This document shows positions 12,449-24,013 of a DNA stretch of 60,000 nucleotides, piece by piece. This stretch comes from Lytechinus pictus (lineage: Eukaryota), in NCBI RefSeq assembly GCF_037042905.1, contig NC_087252.1, positions 17,486,001 through 17,546,000 of the forward strand, written 5' to 3'. How positions within the stretch are numbered: the first letter of the stretch is position 1; every line of letters begins with the position of its first letter. The notes beneath the pieces are model-generated. The model had not been told where the DNA came from. It saw only the letters and a program-made list of their open reading frames with translations, and did not search any database. A program made the position numbers and the translations under genes.

Positions 12449-14649
12449 TTAATTGGTAACATCTAATCCAAGAGAGGGCGCAAGACACGTATAAAAATAT
12501 ATTCATCAGTTATCTTGCTAGCTGATATGAGTCTGATGCTGCGAGTGGCTCTGGTCTTCACTCACCATGAACGATCATAAACGATCTGTGAGTCTTCTCT
12601 ACAGCCACCGTTAGTAGCTTTTCGCAGTAGACAGATCAGACAATCACACACGTTTATTAGTATTACAGATTTTCTGTTGCCTATACATGACTAGATTATA
12701 AGCTAAGAAAACCTTCCATTTTTGTTACTACCAACAGCAGAACATCTCTCAGCAATGTAAACTGCATTCTTGGCATTTCCTTTCCAGTGATGATGCATAG
12801 ACAAATTAAGACCTGGCTTATCCACATCCTCCAGGAGCGACCAAAAACATTCCAACGTGTCACTACCGGTATGACTACTTTTAATCAAATCCAGTATTTG
12901 CTAAGTGCTTCATTTTGTTGATATCGTTGAAATTTTGCCTACTATTTGAAAATTCAGGTTGTTTTGTGAGAATTATTTTGTTTATGTTTCAGGTGGTCTA
13001 TCAACTGAAAGTGAATGTTAAATATGTTTGCTTTAATAACTTAGGTTTTCCATGATTAATATTTTACATTAGCTATATCTAAATCACATTTTGTTGGTTC
13101 ACATTTGGATAGAATGTGAATCTTATACATATATTTGCAGATATTTGGGCGATCCCACATGGAGGGATATCAATAGTAGCAGATAATAAATCAACAGTTG
13201 CATCACAAAATGTATTAAATCGCCTATATTGTTCTCGAAGTAAATATGGCAGATGATATGTTTAATCAATAATGAACAAGAAATCAACGTTTTAATGATA
13301 TCATTTTATCAGCGATAAAACTCAAGAATGAACTTTATCCACATACTATAGATCTCATCGTCATCCACATCGCGTGGTTCTTGAGGGAATGATCACTGAC
13401 ATTCTACCTGTATTCTTTCACTACTGGTATGATTACTTCTAAATAAATATTGTATATTTCAAGCTCTATATTATATTGCTGTTGATATAATACCGTATGT
13501 CATTTCATGTATACTATCTCTTTTTTTCTTGATTTATTTAATGGTCTGTTATTTAACCCTTATCATTCATTTTTTTTTTCCTAAAAAATTGTCACAATGC
13601 TATCGACCATAAAAATCTAGTTTAATTTTCTACTACATCTATGAAGACTGCCATGAACATATCGCGACAAACTCTCCGAGGTCATTAAATCATAATGACG
13701 TCATCCACGCGCCATTTGTATTTTTATTCATGATATTGATCATTACAAATTCACCAAATTCGGGAACGATAAAAAAAACATTTTAAAATCTATTTAATGT
13801 TCTCCAAAATCTTATACGCACATTTTAGGTGATATGAAGATGAGAGAGCTGATGATGTAACACATTTGTTTAATATTGGTGTTTCGTTATATGGATTATA
13901 GAATACTTCATATTTTGGAAATCTTGCAATAAGGAAACTCTTCATTGAATCACAATATGTTACCAAAAATGCATGTAATCAAGAAGGGCTTAAACATTTT
14001 TTTCATGCAATAAAATACAAAGTAAATAGATGGTGGGTGATGTCAAGTTAAGACCATCCATTTTGCTGGTCGGTAATGATACATGCCAATTACTTATGTG
14101 AATTTAAGCAAAAAGTGAAAATGATTTTAAACTCTTATTCTACTTTGAGTTTTGATGAAATTTCAGCGTTATGCTTGTTATATCTATCTTTATAGACCTC
14201 TTTGCTCGAGAATAGTTTTGAAAGACTAACGTTGAATGTTTGGTGGATGGGTTGTCTATAATGTCTCAAAGCGCCACACAAAAATATTCCAACTTAGCTA
14301 GTCAATTCTAGAACATTATGTTTGCATTTACCTCAGTCATATCCCAATACTTTTTCAATATTCAAGTCAAATCAAGCAGTTTTCTTCTTCTTCTTCCTTT
14401 TATGTCAGGGTGCATTGTGACAGATGGCGTCAAGGGAGAGATCTAGATAAATCACGTTGGGCATGTCAGGGCCTTTGCTGTGATTCAGAGCTGCCATTGT
14501 GGGTAAAATACATTTGTGGTTTATACACATTTTGCAGTATTATTTATTACACGGTTGACCTGCAAACTGGAGTTGAAAATATCTAAAAATTATACAGATT
14601 TTGTAAATAAGTGTAGGTTTCTCTTACGTACATTGTAGTAGCACAAATC

Positions 14650-16521
14650 ATGGCGACACTTGAGCATACTGTTTTGCAAAGTTTAAAGTGTCCCGTTTGT
14701 TTTGGTTTGCTGAACGATCCAAAACAACTTTCATGTTCACACACATTTTGTCAAAAATGTATTCAAGGTATTCTAGCATTCTCTGTACAGAGGAATACTT
14801 TATTATGTCCAATATGTAGAAACACAACAAATGTCACAGATGGTGATGTTGCAAATCTTAAAACTAATATACCTGTTAAGTCAATTGTTGATGACGTCAG
14901 GAATAGTAAACAGCTCTGTGACGTGTGTGAAGAGCAATCAAGAGCCACACAATTCTGTTGCGAATGTGGTAAAAATATGTGTAACGCATGTCTGCAAGAT
15001 CATAACAACTGGAAACCACATCTCAAGCATAAAGTAGTGAGCGTTGAAGAAATCAGGAAGGGTAGGGTAGTCTTAAAGAAGAAGGTTTACTGTAAAGAAG
15101 AAGTGCACACATCAGATGAATGTGAATGCTCTGATGTCTGCACGACATGTAAGAAGCTCATTTGTATGAGATGTCGCATGCTCTACCACGAGAAAAAAGG
15201 CCACGATGTGGAAGATTTAAGAGAGTACAATTCGTCTTTCAAAAAGAGCTCTGAATTACTTCAGGGTCAAGGAAAGACAAAAGCTACAGCAGTCAAGAAT
15301 CATATGACGTGTATTGATAACCAAATCAAACGTGTTCATGATCACATTAATGCTGAAAATGTGAAGCTTGACAAGCTTTGTGAAGATGCTATCAAGAAAA
15401 TAAAAGAGAGGAATGCTACCTTGAAAAGACAACTAGATGATCAGAGAGAAGAATTATGCAAGAGTTTAAATAATATGAACATTGATGATGAGAGGTTGGT
15501 TAAGAGTATTGAGAGTGCGAGTGATTTGCTGAGTAATACTTTGAAAGCCCCACTAGAAGGAGATGTTGTAGCAATTCGTGATTCATTGTCTGGTGAATTG
15601 AAGAATGTATTAGATAGAGATGATCCAAAGGTAAAGGTTGCTATTGATGTAGGTGATCATGCAGAGGAACTGACGTTTACACCAAGCTGCGATCCTGATG
15701 CATTATCATTGGGGGAACTGAGGTTTGTGAATTGCGAGCCCGCGAAATGCAATGTATTACTCACAAAGAAAGATAGTATGAATGGCATGACGGCTTCAAA
15801 GAATGGTATGATGGCTGTTGGTTATAGCATTGGAGGGATTGATATATTCTCTGCTGATGGTCAGCTGCAGAAAACAGTCATCAAATATGTCAAAACAAGT
15901 GAGGTAGGATTCCTCTCTGATAATCGATATGTTGTACGTGATACATGCAATAAGATATCCCTGTACACATCAGACGAAGAGAAGCAGGATGCATCATTCG
16001 ATACTCTAGATGATAGTGAAGGTGGGACAGGTGGTCTCACTGTAGACAGCAATGATCTGATCTATGTTAGCTACAGGAAAGCTAAGAAGATCCAGGTATT
16101 CTCACCATCAGGTGGGAAGGCTATCAAGGAGATACCATGCGATGGGTATAAACCTATGCAAATCACAAGTTATGGTGATTCATTGATCGTCAAGCAGTTT
16201 AAGAATGCAATAATACGTATTGATAAAAAGGGTGGTGCAATGCATAAATTAACGAAACCAGTGGAAAATAGCCTCTTTGCTGATGTGAGTAAAGACAATA
16301 CAATCCTGATTGCCTATGTAAGACACGAGGACGGCCTGCTCAATATCGATGAGTACACCGGTGAACTTAAACACATCAGGAGTCTTATATCTGATTACAA
16401 GATTGAGAAACCGGAAAGGCAATGGTATTACCTTAGACAGTTCCAGTCAGGAGAGATAGCTTTCTGTACTTCGGATAGGCTCTATATATTCAATCTAATG
16501 ACTAATAAAGTTACCTCGTAA
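14650..16521 (+). CDS. TRIM-family E3 ubiquitin ligase (RING, 2 B-boxes, coiled coil, NHL-like beta-propeller; TRIM2/3/56/71-like), 623 aa, uninterrupted CDS
   Basis: RING CPVC...CSHTFCQKC...CPIC; B-box1 CDVC...FCCECGKNMCNACLQDH...H; B-box2-like C...H...CTTCKKLICMRC...H...GH; K/E-rich helical region; propeller-type repeats such as GGLTVDSNDLIYVS and IQVFSPSG. Confidence 0.95.
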   Translation: MATLEHTVLQSLKCPVCFGLLNDPKQLSCSHTFCQKCIQGILAFSVQRNTLLCPICRNTTNVTDGDVANLKTNIPVKSIVDDVRNSKQLCDVCEEQSRATQFCCECGKNMCNACLQDHNNWKPHLKHKVVSVEEIRKGRVVLKKKVYCKEEVHTSDECECSDVCTTCKKLICMRCRMLYHEKKGHDVEDLREYNSSFKKSSELLQGQGKTKATAVKNHMTCIDNQIKRVHDHINAENVKLDKLCEDAIKKIKERNATLKRQLDDQREELCKSLNNMNIDDERLVKSIESASDLLSNTLKAPLEGDVVAIRDSLSGELKNVLDRDDPKVKVAIDVGDHAEELTFTPSCDPDALSLGELRFVNCEPAKCNVLLTKKDSMNGMTASKNGMMAVGYSIGGIDIFSADGQLQKTVIKYVKTSEVGFLSDNRYVVRDTCNKISLYTSDEEKQDASFDTLDDSEGGTGGLTVDSNDLIYVSYRKAKKIQVFSPSGGKAIKEIPCDGYKPMQITSYGDSLIVKQFKNAIIRIDKKGGAMHKLTKPVENSLFADVSKDNTILIAYVRHEDGLLNIDEYTGELKHIRSLISDYKIEKPERQWYYLRQFQSGEIAFCTSDRLYIFNLMTNKVTS

Positions 16522-17267
16522 GAATATGATGTCCGAAGTGTTTAAAAGTCAAATCTCTTTTTACTAATAACAAATTATTTAATTCACTAGTTTCAACATT
16601 AATATTGGTAGTCCATTACTGTCAAGAATCAAGAAATTTTATTCATTCCATTCGCCAAAAAATCACGTAATAGAATAGTAAAATACAGAATTACATGATA
16701 TACAATGATAAAAAAAAATATTTGGTATTACATACAGAGGAAAGTAATACAATTACATTTGAGACGCTGCAAAAGTTAAACCCCCCCCCCAAAAAAAAAA
16801 AAAAAAAAAAAAAAAACTTCAACTGAACAAGCTCTATCCTAACCTGTGCCCAAACTGTATCACTTCTAACATAGTTTCAGGCACGTCATGTTAGGGTATA
16901 CTTAGATTCTATATACTGCTCCAATATTTACCATTCTTAGAATAAAAAAGATCGATGGCTTTATACTAGAATCTCCATTTTCAGTAGAAATTATTTGAAC
17001 AAAGAGACTGTTTAATGTTGCCTTTTTTCCTCCAAAATATCATCATATTTTAATAGAAAGAAATATGTTCAAACATAAGCACATGTATATGACACCAAAT
17101 AAATATTCACAAGTAAACACAGTAGATTACATTGATTATTCGGAAAAGATTCAAACCTACATTTCATATTAAACCAAAGTTTACTTTTTGGATGAAGTAT
17201 AAATGAATATTCTATGACATAAACGACTGTTGTTGACAACGAAACCAGTAATGAGTCTGGTACCCTA

Positions 17268-17576
17268 CACACTAAGAAATAAAGGTTCAAAATTGAACCC
17301 CGAAAGGTTGATGCAAAATCAGCATCCTATGGGTTCAAAAATTGAACCCCTGATTTGGGGTTCAAAAATTGAACCCTGCGGTTGGGGTTCACTTTTGCAC
17401 CCTGCGGGTTCAAAACTGCACCCCTAAATTTTAAATTGAACCCCTAGGGATGCAGTTTTGAACCCGCAGGGTGCAAAAATGAACCCCAACCGCAGGGTTC
17501 AATTTTTAAACCCATAGGGTGCTGATTTTGCATCAACCTTTCGGGGTCCAATTTTGAACCTTTATTTCTTAGTGTG
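17268..17576. mobile_element. Palindromic MITE with CAC termini and TA TSD
   Basis: cacactaagaaataaaggttcaaaattg ... caattttgaacctttatttcttagtgtg. An empty site 'ccctatagta' is present in the paralogous flank at ~21045. Confidence 0.9.
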
Positions 17577-18485
17577 TATAGTACAGATACATGTAAAAGA
17601 CTTTTGAAAATTCGATATCAATACAAATAGAAATCATAAGAACCTCAGTTCAATTCATGTCATCGCGAATTGGGAATAACCTTCATCAAAATGTAAAAAA
17701 GGAAATGTCCAATCATTTTGTTTAGAGCTGTAGAATGAAAGGACCAATAGTGATACATAGGCCTACAATTATATATACATATTTCGTCTTATTGTTAATA
17801 ACATTTATTGAATTTCTTTACTGTTATACGCTGTATAATTGATTTCATCACATATATTCGGTTCATTTGCCCAATCGAATGAGAACATTGTTTATCATGT
17901 AAAAATAAGTTTGTTTTTTTTGAAAGTGTATTGTTCATTCTTGATCACAAGTAAAACACGAGGTTGACTGAAGGTAGGCTACCGTGATGCATTTCACTTA
18001 CCCTTGCTATTTCCGGAGTCATTTCGCCAAGCAAAAGTAGAATAAATCAGCAATGCTAGTTGCATTGTATCTTCATGATCTTGTTTGATCTCATTTATCA
18101 TTCAATCATAAAACTAATTTCTCGAATTCATTACGATTTGTAAAACGTTTCATTTAGACTAATGTATGGATAATAATGGAATACATTACCTGATAAACTT
18201 AAACAGTGCCCTTCCCTCTATGTGTTTTTTATTACAATTGGTGTTAATATCGTGTGGTTTTATTTTTGACCAATTGTTGTTTTTGTGTAGAGCTTTAAAT
18301 GACGTTATTATTATCATTATTAGCATTATTGACCGACGAAAAACAAGGCTTTTATTGAAACTTAGACAATCATAAAGCAATTAATTTCAATCCAAACGAT
18401 TTTCATGAAAAAAATATACTGAGAGAGCGAACGATGAGCAGACGTGGAAATAGGAAAATAAAATGGATTGTAAGGCTCGAGATGT

Positions 18486-20048
18486 ATGGTCATAAAGAAT
18501 ATGTGTAACGCATGTCTGCAAGATCATAACAACTGGAACCCTAATCTTAAACACAAAGTAGTGAGTGTTGAGGACATCAGGGAGGGTAACGTAGTCTTAG
18601 AGAAGAAGTTATATTGTCGAGAAAAGATACATAAAACTGAGAAGTATGAATGCACTGATGTATGCACGACTTGTAAGAAGCTAATTTGTATGAGATGTCG
18701 CATGCTCTACCACACTCCGGAGAAAGGCCATTGTGTTAAAGATGCCGGGGAGTACACCGCCTCCATCAAAAATAGAGGTGAGACCCTACAGTCACGTGGT
18801 AAAACTGAAACTAAAACAGTCAAGAATCACATGACTTGTATTGATCATCAAATCAAACGCGTCAACTGTCACATTGATGGGGAAAAGGCAAAAAACAACA
18901 GGATTTGCGAAGAAGCTATCAATAAAATAACAGAGAGGAATGCTACCTTGAACAAGCAACTCGATGATCAGAAAGAAAAAATAGTTAGGAGTTTATATAA
19001 TATGAAAATTGATAATCAAAGGTTAGTTAAGAGTATTGAGAGTGCGAGTGATTTGTTGAGTAATAGTTTGAAAGGCCGAATAGAAGGAGATGCTGCAGCA
19101 ATTTGTGATTCATTGTCTTTTGAATTGAATAATGTATTAGATAGGGATAATCCAAAGAAGATGGTTGCTATTGATGTCGGCGATCATGCAGAGGAACTGA
19201 CGTTTACACCAAGCTGCGATCCTGATACATTATCAATGGGGGAACTGAGGTTTGTGAAATGTAAGCCGAAATGCAATGCAGCACTCTCAAAGAAGGACGC
19301 TATGAATGGCATAGCTGCTACCAATAATGGTATGGTAGCAGTTGGTTATAGCGAAGGGGGAATCTATATCTTCTCTCCTAATTGTCAGCTTCAGGAGGCA
19401 GTGATCAAAGACGTATGGATCGTGGACGTAGGATACCTCTCTGATGGTTGTTATGCTGTACGCGATAGATATAATAATATGTCACTGTACACATCATATA
19501 AAGAGAGACAGGATGTGACATTCGATACTCTAGGTAAGAGTGAAGGTGGAACAGGTGGTCTCGCCGTTGACAGCAATGATCTGATCTATGTTAGCTACAG
19601 GAAAGCTAAGAAGATCCAGGTATTCTCACCATCAGGTGGCAAGGCTATGAGGGTGATACCATGCGATGGGTATGAACCAAAGCAAATCACATGTTATGGT
19701 GATTCATTGATCGTTAAGCAGGATGACACTCAGATAGCACGTATTAATAAAAAGGGTGTTATAATGTATCAATTATTACGTAAACCTCTGGAAATACGCC
19801 TCTTTGCCGCTGTGAGTAAGGACAATACAATCCTGATTTCCTCTGTAAGATTCGAGGAAGGTCTGCTCAATATCGATGAGTATACCGGTGAGCTCAAACA
19901 CATTAGGAGTCTTATATCTGATTACAAGATTGAAAAACCTGATAGGCATTGGTATTACCTTCAACAGTTTCAATCAGGAGAGATAGCTTTCTGTACACCT
20001 AATAGGCTCTATGTATTCAACCTAGTTACTAGTAAAGTTACCTCGTAA
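18486..20048 (+). CDS. 5'-truncated (RING-less) TRIM-NHL paralog, open 520-aa ORF; possible pseudogene
   Basis: Homology to the 623-aa TRIMs starts mid-B-box1 (KNMCNACLQDH). The first codons (MVI) come from flanking DNA also seen at 50861. No internal stops. Confidence 0.85.
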   Translation: MVIKNMCNACLQDHNNWNPNLKHKVVSVEDIREGNVVLEKKLYCREKIHKTEKYECTDVCTTCKKLICMRCRMLYHTPEKGHCVKDAGEYTASIKNRGETLQSRGKTETKTVKNHMTCIDHQIKRVNCHIDGEKAKNNRICEEAINKITERNATLNKQLDDQKEKIVRSLYNMKIDNQRLVKSIESASDLLSNSLKGRIEGDAAAICDSLSFELNNVLDRDNPKKMVAIDVGDHAEELTFTPSCDPDTLSMGELRFVKCKPKCNAALSKKDAMNGIAATNNGMVAVGYSEGGIYIFSPNCQLQEAVIKDVWIVDVGYLSDGCYAVRDRYNNMSLYTSYKERQDVTFDTLGKSEGGTGGLAVDSNDLIYVSYRKAKKIQVFSPSGGKAMRVIPCDGYEPKQITCYGDSLIVKQDDTQIARINKKGVIMYQLLRKPLEIRLFAAVSKDNTILISSVRFEEGLLNIDEYTGELKHIRSLISDYKIEKPDRHWYYLQQFQSGEIAFCTPNRLYVFNLVTSKVTS

Positions 20049-20313
20049 GAATATTATGTTTCGACCTTCAAGAGCCAATCAATTTCCTACTTTACAAATT
20101 CTTAAATTCACCAGTTTCAATGCTAATCTTGGTATTTATGTTTCATTCATGTCAAGAAACTTAATTAATTCCATTCGATAAAAAATAATGTAAACAATAG
20201 AATAGTAAAAGGCAAAAGTACATAATATACAATTGTTATTACATACAGAGGAGAGTAATTGAAATATGAGACTCTGCAAAGGTTGAAAAAGAATTAAACT
20301 TCAGTTGAAGAAG

Positions 20314-20633
20314 AATCAAGGTACTGTTAGATTATTCGTGTTTCTGATTTCGAAAGGAAAAGGGAAACGAGGAGGCGCGCTCAATTTTCTGTTTCGTGAA
20401 GGTGAAACAGAAAAAGGGAAAAAGAGATTTCAATTCAATGTTATGTTTCGTGAACGCGAAACAAAAAGAGGAAACGAAACTTTCAATTCAATTTTGTGTT
20501 TTCAAAAGGAAAAAATAAAAATTATAATATGTAAAAAAAAGTCAAACGGAAGAATGAACCGTTTTTTCTGTTTTCTCGTTTTTACATCTTTCATTTTTTA
20601 ATCAAAAGCAATATATCTAACGATACCTTGATT
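20314..20633. mobile_element. Small TIR element with internal ~55-bp repeats
   Basis: aatcaaggtactgttagat ... atctaacgataccttgatt; absent from the paralogous flanks at ~16830 and ~45640. Confidence 0.55.
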
Positions 20634-21895
20634 AGGAAGCTCTGTCCAAAGCTGCACCCCATCTGTATCTTGTTTAACATAGTTTCATGCATGTGTACGT
20701 AGATTTCACCACGTCTATCTTTACCATTCTTAAAAGAATACAATTTGAGGGCTTTCCTTGAAACTCCATTTAAGTAGAAATTAATTTAACAAAGTGACTG
20801 TTTGATGTTGCATTTTCTTTCCATTAAAATATCATTTTGCATACCCTTATTTAAAAAAATATGTACAAGCATAAATACATGTAAATGACACCAAGCAAAA
20901 TTGAAAAGTGAAACAGCAGATTACATTGATTATTCAGAAATGACTAAAACCTATATTTCATATCCAATGTTTACTTCCTTAATGAAGAATATTCTATGAC
21001 ATAAACGACTGATGTTGACAACGTGACCAGTAATGAGTCTGGTGCCCTATAGTAGGCCTACGGAAGAAAAAAATCTTTGTTGAGAATGGGGATTAATAAA
21101 TACAAGTCCTAATAGTTTTATGTAATTGTAATTGTATGTGTGTGCGTATCTTGGGGGTGGGTCAGGAATCTTCAGGGAAATGGAATGAGGTAAAATTTAA
21201 GACTCACAAAATAAAAAAATCTAAAGCAATGATTAATCGCAATAACAATTTAATACAATTAAAAACAATCAATCGACCAATATTAGATCAATGCGGCAAA
21301 AAATCAGATGTTGGAAAATCCTGGCGAAAGTTAAACCGAATAGAATGATGGTGTATATTATTTGTAGATTACTTCTGTTGGTGTTATATACCCTACTTGG
21401 ATGCTATGGTATGTTCATGATTTGGACGCATATACCAGTTTGTTCATAATAATTTTCATTACATATTCCTTTTTTTTTTCAATATTATCACTAGCATAAA
21501 TAGACATCAATGAGCGATGACAACAAACATACATATCGAATTCGATGTCAATACAAATAGAAATCATAAGAACCACAATTCAATTCTTGTTTTTTGTTTT
21601 TGTGTTTTATACTTGATCACATGTAAAACACTAAGTGTGTTCATATTGTAAGAAAAAAGTTGAACAGAAGTTATACATACCACTAAAACCTTTCTATTTC
21701 CGCAGTCATTTCACCAAACAGAAAATAGAAAGAAAAAAAAATTATTTGCATTGTATATTATTTGGTCTCATTCATTCATTCAGTCATAAAACTAGATGGA
21801 AAATGTAAACAGTGCCCTTCCATTTATGTGTTCAAGAACATGCTAAAGTCCCATTATATATATATATCCTATATATATATATATAGCCTATATAG

Positions 21896-21930
<35 letters not shown>

Positions 21931-22987
21931 CAAGTGGTGTCCATTTCGTGCAGTTTTGTATAAAATTTTAACCAACTGTTGTATTTGTTTTTTTTTGTCA
22001 TTTTATATAGCATTTATAAAAAGTATTATTATTAACAGGAGACCGACGAAAGAAAAGCTTGTAAAAACGCTATACCAATGAAATTAGACGATCTTAAAAG
22101 CAGTTGATTTCAATACAAACGATTTAAAAGGGAAATAATAGTGAGAGCAAACGTAGAACAAACATGGAAATGGTAAAAATAAATGGATTCAAGGGGGTGC
22201 ATGGTCATAAAAAAATTTAAAGATAATAAAACATGTATCAGGAAGGTAATGGGGCTTCCAAAGCAATGAATAAGAGAAATAAAAATGAAAAGAAAAAAGA
22301 AAGAAGGACAAAAGTGGGATGAAATAAAGGGGGAAAGAAAATAAGTTATAAGATTGTTGCCAAAAGTGCTCAGTATGGCCTTTATAGAGATCTTTCTTGG
22401 CTGGACAAATACAGATTTTGAAAAAAAAATTAGGAATATTTCACGAGTTATTCCTTTAATAGTCATCTTATCACGCTATCACAATACTTTGTTTCTAGTT
22501 TAGGTACTATTATTCTTTCTTGTCGTGCAATCATTTAACTCTTATCCAAACATATTGACATTTCATTTTTAAGAGTGATTATTTATCCTAAATTTAAAGA
22601 GTGATATTGGAGGTCATTGTCACCTCTTCTTCTTCTTCTTCTTCTTTCCTCATTTTATCCTGAATTAGTTTCATAACAAGTCTTTATCGATTATCTTAAT
22701 CTTTTCATGCATAATCATAATCGTGGTTGCGTCAGTATCAAGTGGATTTGACATACCAATTTCCTTACTTACGCTCAATATTTACAGCCTGAGCCTTTAG
22801 TACGGCTATTCTTATGTATTATTTTGCTTTTTAACCTAGGCGTTGTGTTATAACTGAATGCATACCACTTAAAGATGTGCTTTTTGTGTTTGTTTTCTTT
22901 TCACCTGAATCCAACAAGCCCAATATACAATCGGTATATATGTATATATTGTGTATAATTATGTGTGTATGTGTATATTATATGCAC

Positions 22988-23011
22988 ATATATATATATA
23001 TATATATATAT

Positions 23012-23074
<63 letters not shown>
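22988..23074 (+). repeat. (TA)n microsatellite (others at ~21855-21928, 23758-23779, 26640-26721, 27541-27564)
   Basis: Direct reading. Confidence 0.95.
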
Positions 23075-23079
<5 letters not shown>

Positions 23080-23316
23080 CACAATTTGAAAATTACCAAT
23101 TAAGGATATGAATTCTTTGTCAGTGTATAAACAAATTATTACATAATATTGGTGTTTAAGTGAAATGTGTCTAAATTCAAAGGAATAGAATGATTTGTTA
23201 TGAGGTGTAAAAAAAATAATTTTGTTTGAATTTGAGGTAACTCGAGGCGGCAAACGTTGTAATGGAGGAATTCATTATTTACTCGAAATATAATACTATA
23301 GGACGATGGGTAATTA

Positions 23317-23406
23317 TAATAATAATAATAATAATACCTGGATTTATAAAGCGCCTTTTGCCTGATACAAAGCGCTGCTATTATTACCCCGGCTTTAGCT
23401 CGAGCT
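23317..23406 (-). mobile_element. 3' fragment of a SINE/L2-like element with (TAT)n tail
   Basis: Minus strand gctaaagccggggtaataatagc...ggcgctttataaat...tattattatt; shares a segment with the SINE at 47650-47929. Confidence 0.55.
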
Positions 23407-23868
23407 AATTATTCGTTGTTAAAGTGATACGTAAATGATTGAACTTACAAATGTTATGTAATTTTATTATTAAAAAAGAGAATAAAGAATGCAGTTTTGA
23501 TGTTTTGATTATAATTCGCATAGACTCCGTTTCTATCTGATATGACGGGCTTTTTTCAATTCTAGAATAACGGCAATTCAAGCGGGCTTGAGATAATGTA
23601 GGGTATATAATAATGATTTAAGAGTTTCATTATATTTTACGTTCACTATATCATCAAAATTATATTTAAGCTTGTCCAAAAAAAAAGAAAAAAAAATTCT
23701 AGCTACCTGGTGTAACTCAATGTACTCTACCAAAATCCGACGAGGTATAGGTCGTTGAATATATATATATATATATATAAACAAATTAAATTGGGATGTA
23801 TCAAGTTCAGGGAAAGTGCTCGATGTTTCAACTGAAGCAGAGCGTTGTAGAAATTTTCCTCACCTCTG

Positions 23869-23914
23869 GTCTACCAATGGTTTCACGCCTCGATCACGGG
23901 CGGCTCATCAGGAT
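23869..23914 (-). ncRNA. Type I hammerhead ribozyme motif (intact core) in the inverted Penelope end
   Basis: Minus strand ATC-CTGATGA-GCCGCCCGTGATCGAGGCGT-GAAA-CCATTG-GTA-GAC: CUGAUGA and GAAA cores, ACCA/UGGU stem III, GUA cleavage triplet. Confidence 0.75.
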
Positions 23915-24013
23915 ACTGAAGCTAGTTGGATTTGGTGGGGGCCCTCGGTTGGGGCAATGGATGCATTTCACGGTCCGGCGGTTCTTTGTTCCTTCTTTTG
24001 TGACGGCATGTAC

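Larger units (their letters stand above)
1..18492 (+). repeat. Segmental/tandem duplication unit, copy A1 (left end lies outside the window)
   Basis: Position 1 (ttgtaatttt...) matches 28865 onward. Colinear and mostly near-identical up to 'atggtcata' at ~18486-18494 versus ~50861-50869. ORF-track entries recur at a ~28.8-28.9 kb offset. Confidence 0.95.
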
